DNA of 64,000 nt from Macrostomum hystrix (Eukaryota; Animalia; Platyhelminthes). The DNA is taken from positions 6,138,001-6,202,000 of the forward strand of contig CATNEN010000029.1 of assembly GCA_950097015.1 (NCBI GenBank), written 5' to 3'. A program made the translations under genes and the position numbers. Below are positions 1-10,500 of this stretch, one piece after another (the first letter of the stretch is position 1; every line of letters begins with the position of its first letter). The notes under the pieces were generated by a model. That model was not told the origin of the DNA. It saw only the letters and a list, made by a program, of their open reading frames with translations, and searched no databases.

Positions 1-3000
1 CAACATAGTGCCAAAGACTGGCGAGATCTGCCATCCGATCATGCCCTGCTACGAGCCATTCTCTAAGGACTGCTGCCTGAACACCAGAATAGCTTTCACA
101 ACCAAAGGCAAGATGTATGGCTACGCCATCATACTGGACGATCCTTATTCGTATCGCGATAAGGGCAATAGATTCCTGCAGATCTGGCTAGGCGTGCCCT
201 ATGCTAAGCCGCCGACGCGGGGCAATAATCTCCGCTTCATGGAGCCAATGGAGCCGGATTATACAGACAAGTGGGACGCCACTTATTACAGGTACCTTAT
301 CATCGCTCACTTTGCTTTCTTGTCACAATTATAGTTTCAGTTACTTCTGAAAATAGACATTTCAGTTGCTGACCCTCTCGTGCACTTCGCAGACCATCAT
401 GTCCCCAGCCGCCGGAGCGACTTAAAGGACTCACAAACCAGGATTCAGATGAGAACTGCCTTTATCTGAACATTTTCGTCACTAACACCACACTGGACGA
501 AGCCAAATCCAATGTCTATCCAATTCTGGTGTTTATTCACGGAGGCGAACATACGTACGGCTCGGCGCAGTTCACGCCAGGTCACGTGCTGGCCCAGACC
601 AACATCATGGTTGTCACTGTGCAGTACAGGCTAAACGCGTTCGGCTATCTCAGACTGGAGGGCAGCGAGGCTACGGGAAATTTCGGCCTAATGGATCAGG
701 TCTGAATGATTTGGGGAACTTTCCAGTACAACTACAGATAATCCAGTTAATATCTCTACATAATCTCTACATGTAGAGGGGTTGTAGCCTAGAGGTAAGG
801 GCGTCTAAATCACAGCCTGAATGTCGGGCGTTCGATTCCTGACTCCACCGGAACAATCTGTTCATCCAGCTATTAAATGAGTACCAGCATCAGCTGGGTA
901 ATTGTGGGCGGGTGTGGCGTTCCGCAGTCCATGGACTGAACAGCCGTACGCAGTCTTCAGATGCACCGCACAATAGCTGCGGCTGTGCTGTCGTATAGTC
1001 AATTAAGTGTAATCAATTATTGTTTTATTATTTGTAATCAGGTGCAAGCGCTGCGCTATCTGAGACTGGAGGCCGACAAGTACCGCGGCGACCGCACTCG
1101 CGTCACCCTCATGGGCCACGGCTCCGGAGCTGGTGATGTCGCCCTGCACAGCATGTCGCCGTTGAGCGGCTTGAGCGCTGAGCCGCTGTTCCACCGGGCC
1201 ATCTGGCTGTCCGGCAGTGACCTCATGTACGGCGGCTTCACCCTGTATCCGGGCGAGTCGCACCGCTACGCCCTGGAGTTGGCCGTTAAAACCGCGTGCA
1301 ACAATCAGGAGCCTGGCGAGATGCTCAGCTGCTTGAGACAGCGGACTCATTCTGAGCTGGCAGCTGCGGCCAGCGATAGCCAGGTGCACGAACGATCCTG
1401 GCTGGGCAAGCCGTGGAGTCCGACTGTTGACGGTGAGGCTATACACCTGACTATCATGCTCATTTGTCGCCGCGACTTTCGGATTTTGAATAATTATGGG
1501 CGTACATTCTTCATCAGTCAGAAGTTGGGGCACGCCCAATTCTTTAGGAATGCAGGAAAAAATTACCCAAAAAACGAGCAAGAAATATAGATTAGCTTGT
1601 CATCTAGATCGCCAATTTTTAGTTTTCCGAATTTCGGATTGTCGAATTAAGAAGGATTCTCGCATTTAAAAGCTACGATTAAGGATCGAATCGTCGATTT
1701 AAGAAGGATCGCCAGATTAGGAAGCGCCGAATTAAGGATCCTCGCATTGAGAATCGCCGGATTAAGAAGGATCCTCGCATTAAGGATCGCCGGATTAAGA
1801 AGGATCCTCGCATTAAGATTAGCCGGATTAACAAGGATCCTCGCATTAACGATCGCCGGATTAAGAAGGGTCCTCGCATTAAGAATCACCGGATAAAGAA
1901 GGATCCTCGCATTAAGGATCGCCGGATAAAGAAGGATCCTCGCATTAAGAATCACCTGATTAAGAAGGATCCTCGCATTAAGGATCGCCGGATAAAGAAG
2001 GATCCTCGCATTAAGAATCACCTGATTAAGAAGGATCCTCGCAGGAAATGAAGGAGTTTGTAATGCTTCCCTCAGGCAAGTTTATCCTGGACACGCCGGA
2101 GAATCTGCGTCGTCAGGGCCGATTCGCCCAGACCCGCGTCATCGGCGGCGTCACCTGGGATGACGGCGCCCATTTCACCACCGACCTGCCCGGAGTGGTG
2201 ACCAACGCCAGTCTTTCCGAGGCGCTGTTCAAGCAGCGCATTCTTAACATCTCTCTGGCGGTATTTCCGCACGACGAGTACGCTATAGCCAACGCCATCG
2301 AGTTCGAGTACACAGACTGGGCGGCCCCCGGAAACGATACGGCCAGACTGCAAATGCTACGCGATCTCTACTCGGACAGGTGAGCGGCATTTGGGGGACA
2401 TAAAACTAGCCACAGGCAGTTCTTAAACTAGCCCCTAACTCTAACCCAACCATAATTAGCTGAAGAGGTTTCCAATCATTAAGTGTCTTGCTTCCCTTGG
2501 GGCTGAGAATCGAACTCGCGACCTCTCGGTTAGAAGTCGGAAGCAAAAATGACATAATGGAAGTACACGCGCCAAATGAATACCAATCAGGTACTACGGT
2601 AGTGGCCTGATTCGCAGCCTGCGGTATCACGCCGACAAGAGGCCGCTGCAGAACAACACCCAGATGTACGTGTTCAAATACCGCAGCCAGAGCGACCCGA
2701 AGACGCGCTACATGGGCGCCTATCACGGCAGCGATCTGCAGTACATCTTCGGCCTGCCCTATCTGAATTCATCGAACTGGACCAACATGGGCTTGAAGAG
2801 GCCGGATTTTGGCTACGCCGAGCTAGACATGAACATGACCGACTACATGATCTACTTCATTAGCAACTTTGTCATTCACGGCAACGCCACACCGCAGCTG
2901 GTTCGCAACTTCACTTGGGACACGTTTCGCTGGAATAATCGCACCTATTTCCAATTGAACTTGCAGCAGAATTTCGAAAACGACTTCAATCTTTATCAGG

Positions 3001-3218
3001 ACTTTCGCACCTATCATTATGCATTTTGGAATAATTTCTTTCCGGAGCTGGTAATTCGGCCTGCTAGGATGACTACAATCATGCCCACAGCCGCTTACCT
3101 GGCGCAGTACAAGACCAGCATGTTTGTCCTCGGCGGCATCCTAGCTACTATTGTTGTACTCATAGCTGGCCTGTCTATTGTACTTTGCAGATTAATGAGA
3201 GCGCGTCAGACTACTTAG
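1..3218 (+). CDS. Carboxylesterase/cholinesterase-fold, neuroligin-like single-pass membrane protein, probably non-catalytic (5' end outside window). Exons <1-291, 393-699, 1042-1432, 2076-2379, 2591-3218
   Basis: Spliced frame gives family motifs: WLGVPYAKPP, DENCLYLNIFV, VFIHGG, QYRLNAFGYL, GNFGLMDQ, GHGSGAG (nucleophile elbow without Ser), PTVDG, GGVTWDDG, GAYHGSDLQYIFG, then hydrophobic helix MFVLGGILATIVVLIAGLSIVLC and stop at 3218. All four introns are GT-AG and phase-consistent. Confidence 0.87.
778..1030 (+). mobile_element. tRNA-derived SINE, family 1 (in neuroligin-like intron 2)
   Basis: Head GGGGTTGTAGCCTAG...GTTCGATTCC (A/B boxes), body CATCCAGCTATTAAATGAGTACCAGC...CAGTCCATGGACTGAACAGCC...GCTGCGGCTGTGCTGTCG, tail GTGTAATCAATTAT. 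Shared with copies at 24200, 28429, 39906, 41459 and 49670. Confidence 0.8.
1650..2043. repeat. 33-bp minisatellite (ATTAAGAAGGATCCTCGCATTAAGGATCGCCGG), about 12 copies, neuroligin-like intron 3
   Basis: Period read directly from the sequence. Confidence 0.9.
2478..2544 (-). mobile_element. tRNA-like SINE head fragment (neuroligin-like intron 4)
   Basis: Reverse complement contains GAGGTCGCGAGTTCGATTCTC (B box) followed by AAGACACTTAA as in family-1 copies; no acceptor stem. Confidence 0.5.
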
Positions 3219-4251
3219 CATGTTTGCCTAATGTGTTCATGCACTCCTGTACATACGCTTGTCCTCTTCTGTCTACTCCTAGTAGAGTATTGTGCGCTTT
3301 GATGAATTTTCAAAAAAGCAAACGAATAACTTTAAACGTTTGGTAGTTCACTTTGTACAGACAAGTGCACTTTAGGTTCTAACAGGAAGATTGTTGATGT
3401 ATATTGTCTAATTGTCTGTGCTTATAGCTTAATTAAAATTAAACTTTTCATTGATCGGATGAAGCACTGCCTGAATGCTGCAACTAGTTTAGTTTTAAAT
3501 TTGATAATCTTTATATACTACTTATGACTTGTATACTAGTTTTAAGCCATGTCGTCAACTCTGTTATACATTTTCCATAAAAAAACTACATTTTACTGGA
3601 AGCTATATTTTTGCATAAATTTTCTAACTTCTACTTTAAATCCGAGTGAATGGCCTTACACTATGTCGCGAAATTCGCTCTAACTATGGCTGTTAAAAAA
3701 ATTATTTCCTTTAATAGCTTTATAACAAACTGATTACCAAATTATACGTATGTATGATAAAGCGGAAATGTGTGTACAGATGCTCAGGACTGACAACAAA
3801 AATTTTTTTACTAATCTACTATTTAGCTATTTTAACAAAGATCGAAAATGCCTACATAAAATTATGATTGAAAATATGTATAAATCAGTTATACTACTTA
3901 CTTACTGACTCGGCTAAATTTGTTTGCTCAACAAAAAAATCTACACATAATAGGGTGGCCACACAATAGAAGTAAAACTTTATTGAACAAGAAAGTTTTA
4001 AACTACAAGTTGGTTTCTTGATAAGTGTGGCTTAGAATTCGGAAATTATTTCGCAAATTTTGTTTAAATAAAGTACCGAATATGTTTTTTCTCAACATAT
4101 AGGCATGCTTTATCAGGAACTAGTGTATCTTCACACTCTAATGCGTTTTCATGCGAAATCGGATTTTTCCGTCATAAAAAAAATTGAAAATACGATGTCT
4201 TAACACTGACTGCAAAAGTAAAACTGAATGATGATTGAGTGTACAAGTAGC

Positions 4252-4256
4252 AAAAA
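4252..4256 (-). terminator. Pol III oligo-T terminator of tRNA-Met
   Basis: TTTTT on the minus strand 4 nt after the tRNA 3' end. Confidence 0.7.
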
Positions 4257-4260
4257 TTTG

Positions 4261-4333
4261 TGCCCCGTGTGAGGATCGAACTCACGACCTTCAGATTATG
4301 AGACTGACGCGCTACCTACTGCGCTAACGAGGC
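4261..4333 (-). tRNA. tRNA-Met(CAT): tRNA-Met (CAT), elongator type
   Basis: Reverse complement GCCTCGTTAGCGCAGTAGGTAGCGCGTCAGTCTCATAATCTGAAGGTCGTGAGTTCGATCCTCACACGGGGCA: 73 nt, full cloverleaf, CAT anticodon, intact A/B boxes. Matches the metazoan elongator tRNA-Met as I recall it, not the initiator. Confidence 0.97.
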
Positions 4334-4581
4334 CCCTAACGTTGTGTATGTGTGATGCAGTATATAACCCATTTAGAACAGCCATTTTTAGTTTAGTTTT
4401 CTAGCTTAGGAAGAGAGAAAAGGGGTAGAAAGCCATCAACTCTGAAAACATGCGCATACTTGACTTATTTCTATCTCAACACAAAGAATACAGAGCTAGG
4501 CATGTAATAAGCACATGTAGATCACGTGATTATCCCATTTAGCCCGTTTCATGTGACCATTCTCTAATTGGTTTCCCTCAC

Positions 4582-7500
4582 CTCAAGGCCGCGCTCCGAC
4601 GCTCCATAGTAGGGCTGCGTGATAATCGACGTAATACCGCCAATAAGACCGTGGCCGAAGCCTTTCATGCCGGCCGACCAGTGGCCACGCAGAGTGCCAG
4701 ATTTTGAGGCGTCCTCGCGCAATTTGCCCCGCTTAGCCAGGTGCCTATCATCCATGTTGAGTATAGTGAGGCCGTCTGATATGCTGCCCGTCACCTAAAC
4801 GATGAAGGAATGACGGAGTCTATGTGAATAGGGAACTAATTTCAATCTAGATGACTTTGGATCAAGATCAAGGTCGATGTCTTAGTCCACAGAAAGTCTA
4901 ATGGGATCTAGAAGAATTGGAAACCAGATGATTGAATCGGGATCTAGATAAATCTAGTTCTAAATGAATGGGGATCTAGATTATTTGGGATCTAGACGAA
5001 TAGGGATCTAGATAACTGGGGATCTAGATAACTGAGGATCTAGATAACTGAGGATCTAGATAACTGAGGATCTAGATAACTGGGGATCTAGATAACTGAG
5101 GATCTAGATAACTGGGGATCTAGATAACTGGAGATCTAGATAACTGGGGATCTAGATAACTGGGGATCTAGATAACTGGGGATCTAGATAACTTGGGATC
5201 TAGATAATTGGGGATCCAGATAACTAGGGATCTAGATAACTGGGGATCTAGATAACTTGGGATCTAGATAACTGGGGATCCAGATAACTTGGGATCTAGA
5301 TAACTGGGGATCTAGATAACTGGGGATTTAGATAACTGGGGATCTAGATGAATCGAGTCTAGCGCACCTTGGCGGTAGAGTTGGAGATGCCGTGGAAGAC
5401 GCCCTTGACCAGGCCTTTGACGTTGCCATCTCGAATTAGGCCTGTGATACCCTCGGACAGGTCCGTGAACAAGCCGATGGGATTGCCCAGGAAGTCCACA
5501 GATCCCAGTATCATAACAGCGTGTGAGCGCAGCTCGTGCGAGTAGTGCAACAGGGCCTCCCTCAGCAGCATGTTGGCCGTCTCGAAAAGGTGCTCGCGTC
5601 TGAAGACGGCCAGCTCGACTCTGGCATCCTCGAAGCCAATCAGATGGCGCGCATTCAGAGCCTCCTTCACCTGGCGAAGCTCCGGCGACAGCTCAGACGA
5701 TGGCCGATAGACTGACAGGGACATCCGGCCAGCTTCCACCTGCAGGGAGCCGAAATAGTAGCGACGGCTCCGGGCGCAAGCCTCGGCAACTTCGGCCACC
5801 GTCCTGCCAGATAGGCATCGAGGACGCTTGGTGGGTGAGATGAGCTCAGCTTAAAGTATACTTCCAGAATGTTCCGGGAAAATTTTCCCAAGTATTTTTC
5901 TTAGAATATTGTTCCATTTTTCTTAGAATATTGTCCTATGTTTTTTTCAGGAATATTGTCGCATGGTTTTCCAGGAATATTGTCGCATGGTTTTCCAGGA
6001 ATATTGTCGCATGGTTTTCCAGGAATATTGTCGCATGGTTTTCGGAGTATTATCCTGCTTTTCCCGGAATACTGCCCCAATGTTCCCCGAATATTGTCCT
6101 ACTGTTACCGAAGTCTCACACTCACTGTTTCCCAAGCCTTAAACTCACTGTTTCCTAAGTCTCACACTCACTGTTTCCCAAGCCTCACACTCACTGTTTC
6201 CCAAGCCTTACACTCACTGTTTCCCAAGCCTTACACTCACTGTTTCCCAAGCCTTAAACTCACTGTTTCCTAAGTCTCACACTCACTGTTTCCCAAGCCT
6301 CACACTCACTGTTTCCCAAGCCTTACACTCACTGTTTCCCAAGGCCCACACTCACTGTTTCTCAAGCCTTACACTCACTGTTTCCCAAGTCTCACACTCA
6401 CTGTTTCCCAAGTCTTATACTCACTGTTTCCCAAGCCTTACACTCACTGTTTCCCAAGCCTTACACTCACTGTTTCCCAAGCCTTACACTCACTGTTTCC
6501 CAAGCCTCACACTCACTGTTTCCCAAGCCTTACACTCACTGTTTCCTAAGTCTTACACTCACTGTTTCCCAAGCCTTACACTCACTGTTTCCCAAACCCT
6601 ACACACACTGTTTCCCAAGTCTCACACTCACTGTTTCCCAAGCCTTACACTCACTGTTTCCCAAGGCTCACACTCACTGTTTCCCAAGCCTTACACTCAC
6701 TGTTTCCCAAGCCTCACACTCACTGTTTCCCAAGCCTTACACTCACTGTTTCCTAAGTCTCACACTCACTGTTTCCCAAGCCTTACACTCACTGTTTCCC
6801 AAGGCCGACACTCACTGTTTCCCAAGCCTTACACTCACTGTTTCCCAAGCCTTACACTCACTGTTTCCCAAGCCTTACACTCACTGTTTCCCAAGCCTTA
6901 AACTCACTGTTTCCCAAGCCTTACACTCACTGTTTCCCAAGCCTTACACTCACTGTTTCCCAAGCCTTACACTCACTGTTTAACAAGCCTTACACTCACT
7001 GTTTCCCAAGCCTTACACTCACTGTTTCCCAAGGCCCACACTCACTGTTTCTCAAGCCTTACACTCACTGTTTCCCAAGTCTCACACTCACTGTTTCCCA
7101 AGTCTTATACTCACTGTTTCCCAAGCCTTACACTCACTGTTTCCCAAGCCTTACACTCACTGTTTCCCAAGCCTTACACTCACTGTTTCCCAAGCCTCAC
7201 ACTCACTGTTTCCCAAGCCTTACACTCACTGTTTCCTAAGTCTTACACTCACTGTTTCCCAAGCCTTACACTCACTGTTTCCCAAGCCCTACACACACTG
7301 TTTCTCAAGTCTCACACTCACTGTTTCCCAAGCCTTACACTCACTGTTTCCCAAGGCTCACACTCACTGTTTCCCAAGCCTTACACTCACTGTTTCCCAA
7401 GCCTCACACTCACTGTTTCCCAAGCCTTACACTCACTGTTTCCTAAGTCTCACACTCACTGTTTCCCAAGCCTTACACTCACTGTTTCCCAAGGCCGACA

Positions 7501-10500
7501 CTCACTGTTTCCCAAGGCTCACACTCACTGTTTCCCAAGCCTTAAACTCACTGTTTCCCAAGCCTTACACTCATTGTTTCCCAAGCCTTACACTCACTGT
7601 TTCCCAAGGCCCACACTCACTGTTTCCTAAGCCTTACACTCACTGTTTCCTAAGCCTTACACTCACTGTTTCCCAAGCCTTACACTCACTGTTTCCTAAG
7701 TCTCACACTCACTGTTTCTCAAGCCTTACACTCACTGTTTCCTAAGCCTTACACTCACTGTTTCCTAAGCCTTACACTCACTGTTTCCTAAGTCTCACAC
7801 TCACTGTTTCCCAAGCCTTAAACTCACTGTTTCCCAAGTCTCACACTCACTGTTTCCCAAGCCTTACACTCACTGTTTCCCAAGGCTCACACTCACTGTT
7901 TCCCAAGCCTTAAACTCACTGTTTCCCAAGCCTTACACTCACTGTTTCCCAAGCCTTACACTCACTGTTTCCCAAGCCTTACACTCACTGTTTCCCAAGC
8001 CTTACACTCACTGTTTCCCAAGCCTTACACTCACTGTTTCCCAAGCCCTACACACACTGTTTCCCAAGTCTCACACTCACTGTTTCCCAAGCCTTACACT
8101 CACTGTTTCCTAAGTCTCACACTCACTGTTTCTCAAGCCTTACACTCACTGTTTCCTAAGTCTCACACTCACTGTTTCCCAAGCCTTAAACTCACTGTTT
8201 CCCAAGGCCCACACTCACTGTTTCCCAAGCCTTACACTCACTGTTTCCCAAGCCTTAAACTCACTGTTTCCTAAGTCTCACACTCACTGTTTTGCTGTTT
8301 TGTCTCGACTTCTGTTGATGAATATAATCCTAGAACTCGGCCAAATTTAACTCAGACTGTCTCACCTCTGCTGCTCGGTGAAGTCCAACTCCTCCAGCTC
8401 CGAGTCCAGCTGCTGCTCTCGCTGATGCAGGCCGAAAAACAAAGCCACCTTCCAGGCTAGACGCTCCTCTAAGCATAGCGACAGCCTGCCAATGCGGGCG
8501 TGGCAGTACTGGAACACTTCGGCATTCCAGCGCGGACACAGGTCCCGAATCCAGGACAAGGTTAGTATGGGCTCCGGTGGCGGATTCGGCTGCTGCTGCT
8601 GCCGCTTAGGCGCCTCATGGAATAGTAGCAGCGGATAGCCACTACCCAACAGCTGATTATCAGCCTGCAAACGCTCCAACGACAATTCCATGGCCTCGGA
8701 GCCGCGCACCCGTTGTAGCATGAGGCGCAGGCCAGTCAGGGTGATGTACAGCAGCTCCTCCTCCGGTTGAACGCCGACAACCGACAGGCCGACGCCTAGC
8801 GGCAGGGCCACATCCAGGCGAAGATTGCGGCATCGGCGCCCGCCGGAGCTCAGGCTGGGCCGCCTGTGTGACCGCAGTACCAGCCAGTTCTCGTCATCGG
8901 CTTCGTCGGCCTCGTCGGCAGTCAAGCCGAAGCCGCTGCGGGTGTCAAGCTCATCGTCGGCGTCGGCTGTGTCGGTCACGAGCAGCACCCGGGTCGGTCC
9001 GTCTGCGGTCACCTGGACAGTCAGGAGTCCGGAGCCGTCCAGAGTGCGCCTGGCGGCGAAACAGGACACAGCCGAGTGAACGGAAGCGGCGCGGCCAGGC
9101 GCTGCCAGGAGCGCGGCCCCGGCCTCCTTCCCAGCAGCGAATGCGTACAGGCCAGCTCGGCACACCAGGTAGCCCTCCTGAGACAGAGAGTTCAGGGAGT
9201 GCATTGTGTCACAACAGTGTCAAAATATCGTACCTGGTGCGTACCTCTTCGAGACAATATACGAATTCAGTCACTCTTTCAATTCAGTCGCTCTTTAAAT
9301 TCAGTCACTCTTCGAATTCAGTTACTCTTTGAGTTCAGTTCAGTCACTTTACTTTCAGTCACTCCATGAATTCAGTCACTCCATGAATTCAGTCACTCCA
9401 TGAATTCAGTCACTCCATGAATTCAGTCACTCCATGAATTCAGTCACTCCATGAATTCAGTCACTCCATGAATTCAGTCACTCCATGAATTCAGTCACTC
9501 CATGAATTCAGTCACTCCATGAATTCAGTCACTCCATGAAATCAGTCACTCTACTTTTAGTCCCTCTTTGGATTCAGTCACTCTTCGAATTCAGTTACTC
9601 TACTTTCAGTGACTCTTTGAATTCAGTCACTCCATGAATTTAGTCACTCTACTTTCATTCACTCATTAATTTAGTCCCTCCTAGAATTCAGTCACTCTGT
9701 TTTCAGTTCCTATTTGCACTCTCCTATCTGCTTGAAGCACTCAAAAATTTCCAGCTTTTTAATTTGTGATTCTGTTTTATTTTGGACATTTGAAAGACTT
9801 TGAGCGATTAAAAACAGGTCGTTGAAAGCCTAAAACGCGAAAGAACATTAGCAAAAAGTAACGATTCAAAAGTAACGGAAGTTAACGAAAGTAACGGATC
9901 CAATTTTTTTTGTCACCCCAACGGTTAACGACAATATCGTATATAAGAGAATGTAAATCAAGTGGAGTAAATTCGAACATACACAAGTAGCCATGTGGAC
10001 AAAAGAAACGAAATACATGCTTTTGCATCACAAATTAGTTACGAAATGGAAATTCCAATTTCCAACACAATAAAGTCGTTAATTGATCATCTTAAAAAGA
10101 AAATAGCAATTGAAAAACCTCAAACCGATTGCAAAAGACAGCCGTACAGTCATGATTACTATTTTTATTAAACTACTAAATTTAACTAAATTTAGAAAGA
10201 TAAACTCGAATCCGATCGATTTAGTCTCTGGATAAATCTGCCACAGTTTCCAATCATCAGATTAGATTTGTTGGGATCTGATCTAAGTGGTAAAAAGGCA
10301 AATCTAGCCTTGGAAAGGAGCATGTAAAGTGCATGCATGCACACACAGCGCTGCAGGTTTTGGTCTAGGCGACTGGCCACAGTCAGGCCTGTACGCCGGC
10401 TGCCCATAGCTAGCTGCCGGGCTTGGAGAGAAAGGCCAAGTGACAAGAAAATTTCTGAAACTTTCCGAAGTCGCTACTCAAAAACTACTGGACCGAATTT

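Noticed and set aside
3219-4560. Terminal VPS13D exons
   Set aside because: AT-rich with no GLVGTVTKP-like or PH-like peptide in the minus frames I checked by eye.
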